Positions 27,101-39,100 of a DNA stretch of 64,000 nt are shown here, piece by piece (positions within the stretch are counted from its first letter, which is position 1; each line of letters starts with the position of its first letter). The notes under the pieces were generated by a model. That model saw only the letters and a list, made by a program, of their open reading frames with translations. It did not search any database and was not told the DNA's origin. Source of the stretch: Botryllus schlosseri (taxonomy: Eukaryota); the NCBI GenBank assembly GCA_051294905.1, contig CM119374.1, forward strand, positions 20,894,001 through 20,958,000, given 5' to 3'. Made by a program: the position numbers and the translations under genes.

Positions 27101-30100
27101 GCTCGCAACCTCAGTCGTAGATTCATAACCATCAGTGCTAGGATCTGTCACACCTTCAGCTGTAGTGTAAAAGTCATTTTCTCCTGTTGATTGAATTGTA
27201 GAGACGGGTTCTGTCGTAACTATATCATCGGTTGACGTTTCTGTGTATCAACAATAATAACATTTCAATGTCATGTCTCATGCTTGGATAGGCATGCGCA
27301 ATTTTGAATTCTAATGGTCAAACCAAACTAAATATTGGGGCCTATTTAAAACTATTGGCTCCCACCATGCTCATAATACAATATTGAAGGCAACAATAGC
27401 ACATGCAGAGTTGGCATCATTTTGTGCACATCAAGCGCTGCGCTGACTGTTTTTAGTTGTAAAATATCTTTGTCCAATAAAAATGATACCCACTTGCAGG
27501 AAAAGATGCGTCCAGCACGTAATCAGGCGTGAATGTGGTTTAGAAATATTTTGTTGCATGTCAACATAATCACTCTGCCCTGAAACAGGCACCTTTATTA
27601 TCTGCATGATATCGGTGCGTCAAATATTCGTTGACGAATTCCCACAAGCATCAAATTGTCCGATGTATCGTCAGTAAAGAGAAGTATATTTTACTGAGTC
27701 GTATAGAAATATTAAATACGCCCTGCTTTCCTTTTATGTCAGTTACGCTAATTTTTCTTGCGTACCTCGGTTTGATATATTAGCAAGCAACAGGGCTTGC
27801 TTCGAGTGCATACATATAAGCGCATATGACTTTTGGTACAGCCTTACCAGTCCGGGTACGGATGGTCCAGTATATATTAGGGAGTATGGTGTTACCTATT
27901 TTAACCTTTCAACCTTTCCTACAAGATATAGAAATACACCACAAAGAAAAAAACGATGCTAGTACAAGCTACTGGCATTTCGAAGATATTTGGCGAGAAT
28001 CGTTGCGCAACCACAGGGTCAGGGAAGCATGCGACCAGGGTTGTAACCAAGTCACAAGGCTCCGAGTCACAAGTCAATCTCACTTTTATAGTTTTGACTC
28101 GAGTCAAGTCGAGTCATTTTCAATTCACCACCGAGTCAAGTCCAAGTCCAAGTCATGGTATCATGACTCGAGTCCGAGTCCAAGTCATAGTGTAGACTGC
28201 TCAGTTTTCAGTTAAGGTCTTGTTAAACCCACTTTTATAACTGTGTTTGGTGATATCAAATGGTTCACATTATAAGATACTAAATTTCCCTCACTTTTAG
28301 CAGTTTCTGGTCGCATTTTCAAATACTAGTAGGCTACCAATAGACGAAAGACCAATAGGGTGGCTGCGTTACTATTCTGTGAAATTACAATGAAATTTCG
28401 GTCTTGACCGTCTGAGTCTCGAGTCATATGACTTGGTTCGAGTCATGCGCAATGCAGGGCTGTAATGACTCGAGTCAGACTCGAGTCACGATTTTCGGAT
28501 GACTCGACTCGACTCGAGTCATTTTCTCAAAATACGGAAATGACTCGACTCGAGTCAATCTGTGTATTGACTCGACTTGGACTCGAGTCATTGCGCATGA
28601 CTCGAAGCAAGTCATTGACTCGAGATTGAGACGGCGAAGACCGACATTTCATTGTAATTTCGAAGCCAACACACTATTGGGAATTCGTTTGTTGGTACTA
28701 TGGTGCTTGAAAATGCGACCAGAAACTGCTAAAAGTGAGGAAAATTGATATATTATAAATGCGAACTATTCAATATCACCAAACATAGTTAAAAAAGTGG
28801 GTGTAGGAAGACTTTACCTGGAAACTTAGCAGTCAACACAATGACTTGGATTCGGACTCGAGTCATAATACCATGACTCGGACTCGATCCTCTGTTCGCT
28901 GACTTGGACTCGGACTTGACTCGGAGGGAATTGAAAATGACTCGACTTGACTGTCATGTTATCCACACTATGCTTAGCGCAACAGGATATTTCAATCGTT
29001 TCCAGTTGCAATGGATATTGCGCAAAGGAACCGCCCGATTAAAAGGCGCAAGTTACATAATGAAATCAATTGCCGCAAGTTTCGCCAGTCGTACGACTAC
29101 GTCTTAAGTGTCGTGCGATCAATTGACGCAGTGCGCTTTTAAGACGGAAGAATACGAATGCAACATTTAGGCATCCATCGGATCCTAGCTCTCATGCACG
29201 ATTTGAAAAAAAATGTTTACCAATCTTTCGCCACAAGACATCATTGATTTCAATGTCGACTACATAACATTACAGAGTGCTGAACGCTTTTCGTATGCCT
29301 GCATTCATTTGCATTCTGCGATCCTTGCGCCGGAAAATTCGTCTGTGATAGTGGTGATAATGAAATATATAGGTTTCGGAACTTGGTGATCGCAAACTTA
29401 TTCTTCCTTGACACGCTCGACTTTCGACTGTCAATTACAATTTTCGCCACAATGGGTCCTAAAACATGGATTGTCCAACATGCGGCACAATATATTACGA
29501 AACTATCGACGTCATGTGGAATGAGTAGAACATCGGTCACGTGATTGGTTGTAAAGATCGACTGACACGCGCCCTCTCTCTTCTCGGCCTGTGCTGATTG
29601 TGAAATTCACAAATTATATCTGGAATGTATCGTTTTGATCGTATCGAAATTTTGTGTCGGAAAGTAATTTGAGTCTAGCTAGTCTATGTTAGATGGGTCT
29701 GCGCCGTAAGGGTTCGGTATACTCTTTTCGGCAAATACACGTATTCGTCGATACTCCATAGCCATGTTGCAGAACCTAAAATACTACAATTAGGGTACGA
29801 AATTCGCGGAGACCGAGAATCTACTACATTCTACGCTACACAGACAGTATGCCGTTTTCGTTACCGCCCCTTGAAGTGTTTCCAGTTGCGCCTCTGTGTA
29901 TGGCCGCTGATCAGGTGTTTGTAGGTTTGTTATTGGTATTCATGGTGTTTGTCGACTACAATGGTCATGGTTATTTACGCCAGGCAGATTTTCTTGATTT
30001 AGATTCCGTAGCTGCCGACTTGTAGCACGACCCACTTCTAGCCTACTTGATACCTAGAAAAATAGAATGGGTCTGCTTAGCTGACCACTTCAGGTCGGCT

Positions 30101-33100
30101 AGATTGCGCTTCGATTGAATTACGTTCTTGTATAGTGAATCCTCCACTACAGCTTTATGTGTCAATTAATGTCTATTGGTGGTGTGGCCAAATTCCGGAG
30201 TTACAACTAATGGTTTAGCCAGATAGCCACTACTTATCAGGAGCAGTTCAAGAATTCTCACCGTCGCATATCGTACCATTCCCCGTATACCCGGCATTAC
30301 AAACGCATACATTGCTGCCATTTTGCGCCGTGGTACAGTTCGCATTCACATCACATTCGTCGCATTCGTCATCATCATCTATTGAGCCGAAGCCTTATAC
30401 GGAAATGACAAAAGGATCAACAACGATCAAAATATATGTTACTTTGCCGACACCCTTAGACAGTGGAATCATAGTGTCCTATATGGTGTGGACACAAGCA
30501 AATCTCAGGGCTCAGTGAAATTGGTCTACGTCATACTTTCCATTTGGCTAAAGGCAATTTGACGGTAATTTGTGACGGGCGCGAAATTTGATAAAACGTG
30601 TAACTATCGAAAGCTACCGCGGTACTGATTGCTATAATAGAAATTTTATTCTGCTCGTGGTCCTGGAACTCCCCCAAATCAGCCTCGAATGTTGCATTGT
30701 AACAGAGTTTGGCATTGGTTGCGTCACAATACCAAATTCCGTTACAATGCAACATTAGAGGCTGATTTTGAGGGGTTCCAGGACGACGAGCAGAATAAAA
30801 TTTATATTTTCGCAATCAGTACCGCTGTAGCTTTCGATTGATTCCCGTTTTATCAAATTTCGCGCTCGGCAAGCCGGCCAAAAATTAACGTCAAATTGTC
30901 TTTAGTCAAATGGCAAGTGTGACGTAGACCAATTTCACTGAGTCGTGAGATTTGCTTATGTCCACACCATATAGGACGCTATGGTGGAAGAGCGCAAACT
31001 CGTTTTCATTTGTCAAAAGACGCTGGTCACTGAACACTGCGTATTAGTCACTATAACTGCATATCATCACCGACAGCTATATACTTATATTACAACACGT
31101 AACCAGAGGTGGTCGGTAACGAAGTACTTCTACTTTTTGAAGTACTTGAAGTAGATTTTGCCAACTCACACTACTTTTTAAGTAGTTATGATTGTAGGCT
31201 ACTTCTACTTCTACTTGACAGTTTTCAGTTTTGCAGGCAAAAATAAGCGTAGAATACCTACTTACTTACTTACTAGTAAACCACCACTCCTACTTCTACT
31301 TGAGTAGAAATTTCGGCGTTACTTCTACTTCTACTTGAGTAGCGACGGTGACTACTTTGACCACCTCTGCACGTAACACGCTACTCCAATTTTATATCGA
31401 CCTGGCCACCGAAATATATACTGATGCAGTATGTACTAACTGCACGTAACACTACATTGCTACCACACGAGCAAATGCTACAATGTCGCATGTCCTGTGA
31501 CACTGTTAGTCACGGACGATTATAACCTGAAATCTGCATAGTATAGCCTTTTCTTCTGAACGAAGTTGACTATTCTACATATTACGTCGTATTACACATG
31601 AGCCGTTTGGTCAATAATGATCTGACTTAAGATATGCAATTAGGAGGACCATCTATCTATACATCAATAATGTGGACCAGTGAATCAATAGCTCTTATTA
31701 AATTTTGATGGTATTTGGCTGCCATGTTGTGAGACACGATGTCACGTTGAAATGAGACTGCAGTGGTTGGACTACTCAAGAGTTTTTGGCTGTCCTAAAT
31801 TTTAATAAAATGAATGAAATTGGTATCACTAATTACCTGTTCAACTTGAAATATCTTCCATTTTGTCACTTTCGGTCTCATTGGACACCCTGTACTCGTC
31901 TGATATAATGCAACAGAGTGAACCGCGCACTTTCAAATTAAGATTTTCGCTCACTGATACCATTAAAACTCTGTAGGCTAATTTTTGCAAGTATCTAACT
32001 GCGCTACTTGTTTGTGGCAAAGGGCATTGCTCTCCTTATGCGCTACGTATCAGTATTAGCCCATTAGGCTACTCATGCGCTATAACCTTTAACTTGGCCG
32101 TAACTAAACATGGTGTTTCCCGCTGCTCTCCTCCCTGTGCTGCCTCAGCGAGGATATTCGCAAATCACAATCTACACATCGGCTAGGATTTCAAACTCAT
32201 TTGCTGTTTCGTACCGGTTATCTGCCTCCACACACTTGTGTGCAAGTAGACCAGACTAATTATAGCTAAAAGAGAAGTATCTAATAGACTTCAACGGAAT
32301 AGGGAATATTTTGGAAATATAAAATTCTTACTGGTGCAATTTTCTCCGTTTCCAGTGAATCCCTCGTCGCAAACGCAAGTACTATTTGTACAGGTGGCGT
32401 TTACATGACAAACTGCCGGCAAACAGTCTGTCAAATCAGGCACAAGGGTTTATGATTTTACAACTGATCGTGTTCAGTGTTCACATGTTCACGCTGACGA
32501 ATGCTGTCTCGCTGTCTTAATTCAAAACGACAGGAGTATGTATGTTATGAGTTACATTTCGTACCAATAACTTTACGTCCAGCATCTATTTCATTATGGA
32601 ATAATGCAAATGACATGATATCCTACCTTCACCACCGTCGCGCGCTGTAAAGAAACAATTGCTATTGTCACGAAAAATCCATTATGATCTGTTCAATTAC
32701 ATTATACAAATCAATGATTGTGCCATGCGAATTGTTAGTATGGTTTATTGGACATTGTCAGTTAGATTTTACTGCTTACCATACATAAAATTCAACACGA
32801 TCCTCGTGCTATACATATTGTCTTATTAATCAAATTATTTCCACACTCAACTGTTAGTCACTCGACACCAATACAGGATTACCCAGACACTGTAGACATC
32901 TCTGTGGCTGCTAAGCTTATCTGATAACTAGGGCAAGTTTTTGCAACTTTTGCAACTTTTTTTACAGATTCCGGCAGCTTCCTAAATACTCGTAAGATAT
33001 GTAGAATGCTGTTTTAAGCTGTTTGAAGGAATCTTATAGTGCAACTTTTTGCAACTTTTGTCCATTTTTTCCATGCAACTTTTTGCAACATTTTGCAACT

Positions 33101-36100
33101 TTCTCGATTTTTCATGAAAGTATTTTCGATTTTGTTGAAATACACGGCCAAATTCGACTGAAACACCGTAAATCAACACCGAAGTAACGCTTTTACGGGT
33201 ATTTCGGGAGCTGAGCCGGAAAATTGACCTTTTTTTTAGTCAATCTGGGAAGTTGACCTTTTTTTTTCAGTCAACCGAGCAATATTGTGGTCAAAATGCA
33301 ACTTCTGCAATTTTTACAAAAATAAATGCAGCTTTTCACGGATTTAACTGCAACAAAAACTTGCCCTAGTGATATAACTTATAAATATCACTCTTGCGAA
33401 TACCCAACATGCAAATCAACGCATATCCATTAGGGATTAGTTACAATCAGTTGATCAGAATTTGTTACACTCGCAGATTTCCGATACGCGTTAGTTTGTT
33501 ATTTCATTCTCACACCGTTCTTTTTTTCAAGAACCATGTTAGTTACCCTGATCAAGATAAAATACCTACGTTCGCCTGCCCCTGAGCCCTCTTCATCAGA
33601 TTCTAAATTGAGCAACAAAAATGCATTACAATTTGCAACATACAAACCGCCAAAGTGCACTAATATAAAAATAAAAGAATTCAGAAATGGAATGATTCCG
33701 CCGTCTTCGGTAGTACACTACACACCTACTGCAAAACAATCCTTCATGTTCTATTATCCAAAGATACTTCGTATGTTCAACGCATTCTAATGGTAGTCGA
33801 GGGTATTTTTAGTCGATCACGTGGAGAATATAGTTGATAGTGCTTTGATCGAGGGATTCATGTAGAAACAATGAAGAAAATCTTGCGCACGGTGTGTTAC
33901 GTGGTAATCAATGCTAAGATGCCAGTGCTGTTCAACCGCTGTGCACGGTACACCAAAATATACACCGGTACACCATTACGAAAAGGTATACAAGGGTTCA
34001 TCACAAACTCGCCGCACGAAGCCAGGGGTTCTTAAACTGAAGTTTGTGGCTCCTTTGGGAGTTCATGAAAAGTCAAAAGATCCCCAAAACAAGGATTGGC
34101 GATTGAGCCAACAGATTTTGGAATCCTTGAATGAGAGCCTTATTAGGTATTACGTCTAAAATATAGACGACGGGTTACGCGGGAGTCATATCTGAAAAAT
34201 GGCTTTTATTTAATTAACACAAGATTTCAAGAAGATATTTGAAAATCAGCTTTTTTCAATTTCGGTAAACTAACTTTTATGATTTGATAAAAGTGTCCTC
34301 CTATCCCGATCCCAAAATATCGTAACCGTTAGGTGGATTCAACACAAGGACTAGGCATTTTCCTATTGTCACCTACATCATTCTGCCAGATTAACTCTCT
34401 TTCGTAAACGTTACTGCATCACCTAGGTATTATTGTTCAACCCCTTCATGGTTATTTGGTGAACGCTGTGAGTCAAGAGTATCAACCACGCTTTTCAATC
34501 GTTATGATATCTTGTACTGTGAACTGTCATTAGTTTATATGTCAGTAATTTAGACACACATATCGAATTGAGCTTAGATATTGTCACAGCAGTCGGTCAT
34601 CCACTCACTAACACCGGTGACAATTATATTCATATTAATATTCATATGTCCATGTCGCGAGTGATCAAACGGGCTGATCTAGGCCAGGGGTCACCAGCAC
34701 GCGGCCCGCGACTTGTCTTGGGAAGAAAGCTAAGAAAACCATTTTTGAAATGCTAAAATTGACTACAGTTTCGACATCTTGATGTTGTTGTTGTTTCAAA
34801 ATCAGCTATTCTCATGTGCTCGACATCACGATTGGTCACCATAGCTAAAACGGCTTTGGCGATGGCATCGCGGGAGAATCACCTGAAATAAATGGGCGTA
34901 TTGCCTTGACCGGCAGTGGCCCAAACACTGCTAAGACCGCAACGCTTAGAAAACGGTTGAGGGCAGTGGTTCCCAAACTGGAGGGCGCCTCCTTGCGGGG
35001 GCGTCAAAGCATCCGGAAGGGGCCACGGAGCTGCGCTCAACTGAAAATGTTTTCCCGCATTTTTTTCGCGCTTCGCGCGATTCCCATAATTTTCATAGCT
35101 GTTGCTAGTCCGAATTTAATATTTGAGAATTCTTTCATTTACAGTCATAACCTTCCATGCCATCAGAATATCCGTTGAGATTGCTAGCATTCTGGTTGCA
35201 TTTTGTGATATGACGAGAAGGGGGGGGGGGAGAAATTTTTCAGTATCATAAAGGGGAGCGTGTCTAAAAACGTTTGAGAACCACTGGCTTCCCCACAATA
35301 TCAAGATTTACGTGGAGGGAGATAGTCTTTCAGCTAGTAACGTATCTTGCTAGCCCCGATGTCGGTTACTAGTCGCTGAAAAGCATTTCTAGGTATCGTG
35401 CACAGCTCAGAGTTTAAAATAAAATGAAATTATTGATAATGATTTTTTGTTGTATTTGTATTCCTATGATAAAACATTACTTTCTTTGTGGTCACTACGC
35501 CTATCGCCCGTGTTAGGTAGCACAGCGTTGTACTGACGTAGAGTTTTAGAACGTGGTTGCCCATTTTAAATCGATATGGAATTCATGCGACACGCGACCG
35601 CTACGAAATTTGAAAAGTGGCCCGCGACCCGTTTTGAGTTGGCGACCCTGATCTAAGCCAACAATTCCTTCAACATTTTCTTGCCTGATTGCAATCCTAT
35701 GTAACAGTGGACACAGTGGTCCAACCCTTTCTTCTGCGCAAGCTGATAGGCTACACGTGAGTAAATGTCACCCGTCAAAGGGAATGGAAACACGCAAATG
35801 TATTTAGCCTCATTATGAAAAGTAGTTACACCGAAGAAATCAAACAAGCGATTGATATTTGCCCCAAATTATTAAAGAAATGAGTTTTCTTTTTGTGAGA
35901 CGTTTCAATTTAGTGACTCGCTAACACCAAGGTTGACATTGCAGCCCATTTGAGCCAGAAAGAAAAATAGTTTTAGTTACAATATATGCAAGGAAATACC
36001 TTGGACCGCACAATTTATATATCCAATCGAGCCGGCGGTTTAGAATATTTGACTAGCAATTCGGAGACTGTTCGTGCAACAGCAAAAAATGGCGACGAAG

Positions 36101-39100
36101 ACAAGACGTAGTCGTATAGTTGTGTTTATACAAATAGTCCACCAAACCATGTAATATTTTTCATTTCATTGTGTAAACTGCATGCCAAACCCCTAACCGA
36201 GATATTATAAGCGAAGCAATTTGGACTTATTCGGTTATTATCTACTCTTTCCATTCCGGTCTATTTTTGTCGAAGGAACCTTTGAGTAGGTTATCGAGTC
36301 TGCATCACCATTTGTCCTCTCCAAGCTATTCCGGAGTGATAGGAACGCCTAGCAAGGAAGCCGCTGATACCAATTTTACGATCCAGTCATGGTTTTTACG
36401 CACAGCTCTTGGGCAGAAGCTAGTGATCGGAAATTTGACCGGCTTCTGATGTCATTGACAGTGATCTTTTGATAGTAAACACTAGTATAAGATATGAGAA
36501 CATCCTTGCGCGGGGAAATGAAGGCTTGAGCCTTAGACTTTGCAATGGATTATCACGACACGTGCTTTCCGGTTTTGATACGATCGACGGTGTTTGATTC
36601 TCCCTCTCTAGCATAACCTTTGCATTGCTTAGAATCTAATATTAGTTCATACGCTGAGCCCCTCCCTAACGTCTTTAAGAAGATCCGGGTGGAGATAAAC
36701 ATTGACTTTTGAAAATATCAATCCTTGTGTTTTGTTACGGCCTTACACATTTGTCTAAACAATAAATAATAAATATTCGTTTCCTCGTTTCGAAATCGTC
36801 AGTACAATTTTAACATTTCATGTGCGATTGGTCGTGATGGTGTATGAAAAGTATTAGGAAAATTGGACTGGAGGAATTCGTTGATATCTAATGCTGTCTC
36901 ATCTTATCGTACGAACAGGCCTATTGGTATTCATATGTTATGTCAAGTCATGCAAATGAATCTTGTCACCGAGTTAAATACACTGTGATCATTACTGCAA
37001 TTGCACGAGACAAATTGTTGCCGAATGCTCCGCTCAACGCTATTTTATTTATTCGTTATTGCTCCGGGCCAATAATACATTACATGTGGGAAAAGTACAC
37101 ATTGTCTGCAACACTTTGGACTTCACGGTTTACCCCAAATAAAACCGAGAAGACATTCGTAACGAGGTGGCAGGTTGTTATTTTGAATTCGAGACTTGTC
37201 CAACGCAATCACAACATTTTGTCTTTTGTGCTATCCCCGGAAAGGTCTGTTGCCCAATCGAACTGGAGGTCATGCGACGCTAACACCGACACTCTATGCA
37301 GCCCCGTTTGCCATTTCGTGCTGTTACATTACTCGTCAGCGTATTTTACTGTTGACCGAAACATCTTGAAACACTATTCTCAACTTGCTGCGTCATGTCG
37401 GTGTTGCTAATCACAGCGACGCACTTCACACGCGCCGGCAACAGTGGTTTTGCAGGTCGTTGCGCACAATTCTATTTTAGATTTGGTGCTTCATCGTCGA
37501 ATGCCGCATTTTGTCGAAACATTCGCCTCTGTTACGCATAAAATATCGACGCGAAATGGCATCGTTTCCGTACAGAAAGCACACGCCGTTTCAAAATCAG
37601 CAGCATCACGATAGCAATATCCCCTATATGTTATTGCCAATTTGTGCATACTTAGTATTATTCCAAAACATATCGTTTCGAAAAGTGCAAATGTTTCAAT
37701 CGATCGTTAGTTTGAGAAATCACTTACGATAGAATTTGCATCAATCACCGACTCTAAATACTCTATTTACACCTCACCTACTCGAGTTCGAGGTTTTGTA
37801 AAACAAGTTATATTTCAGAATTGCGCCATTTATGAAAAGTTCAACAAGGATATTGTTTGTCCGGGAATACTGATGCAATAAATAGCACTCTTGGCTTGCC
37901 ATGATCTGAGCACGCGAGTTGGTTGTTGTTGCTTGTGGTATTCATGGTGTTCGTCGACTACTATGGTCATGGTCATTTACACCAGGCCGATATTACCAGT
38001 TTTGTATTCAGTATCTGTCGACTTGTAGCACGGCGCACTTCTAGGCTTATTGTAAGGATGAGATGGCATGGAGCAGCCTAGCTAAACCTCCAACACTTAG
38101 GTATGAATTCTGGAGTCGACCTCGGTCGGAGTCTAATCCACAACCCATTGGTTTTGTAGCTGTGGATTAAACCACTACGCTATCTCGCCTCCTACGCGAG
38201 TTGGTGATCAGTTTACGGCTAAGCAAATTGGTCTACTTCAACATGATTAATATATCGAAATGGATGCGTCGCTCTCTTCCGTAGCAGCTGTAGCCACAAT
38301 GCGTGTCAGCGTAGCTAATGTATTCGGTGATTGAAGTGACCTAATCCCGCAAATTTCGTGTTTTCGAAGATTTGAAATTGATATAATTTCGAATAAGTCA
38401 TCAACCTCCTTTTTGATTTTTTTTCAATTAAATGAATATTTGCCCAATAAAACTATTCATCAAATATACGTTTCGCAGAGATACGCATGGATTTGTACTC
38501 GGAAAATTTCCTTTCATATAGGATTTATACTGGGAGCTTTGGCGTAACTTGATTCTGATTTAGACAAGCATGGGAATACCAGTGTCTTGAAATTTTACAC
38601 GGCTGTGGTCGGAATTGAGCCAATATCCCATGGATAATGTCATGATGGCAAACACATTCAGATTTAAATTGGTATAATTGAAGCCTTAAGTGTTTCGGAA
38701 AATATTAAATCCGCACACCTCGATACGTTGGTTACGCTTACAGCCCCTACGTGTCTATACGTGCACACTGCACACTGCATACCTTCCTGCGCCCCTACGT
38801 GTTGTGTTTAATTTATACCGTGGTGTAAGTCTGAGGTATGGGTAATGATTTCGTGTACCACTGATGTATATTCACACCCTCTAAGAGTGTATGTGTAAGA
38901 CCTTCTTGGCTTGAAAAACCGACAAGGTCGTGAACAAATCGCCAAGTCACACACATTCCCGAATCGTAAATGTAGAAACGGTGAGGATTGATCCCGCATC
39001 TCATCCGATCGGCAATAAAAAGCTTTGAAACAGTTCAGTCAAAATCTCATACATTGAATAACATCACTATTATCTTTACTTCATTCCAATCCTAGAATCC

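Noticed and set aside
27849-27896. Possible extra phase-1 exon (GNTILPNIYWTIRTRT) before the mucin exon
   Set aside because: The donor is good but the acceptor is purine-rich and the peptide is uninformative; needs RNA data
29545-29590. GTCACGTGATTGG E-box/CCAAT plus a pyrimidine tract as a promoter
   Set aside because: No downstream gene identified; short motifs are expected by chance
36940-37410. 156-aa plus-strand ORF (and the 130-aa ORF at 39448-39840)
   Set aside because: No recognisable domain or splice context; they lie in a TE-rich intron
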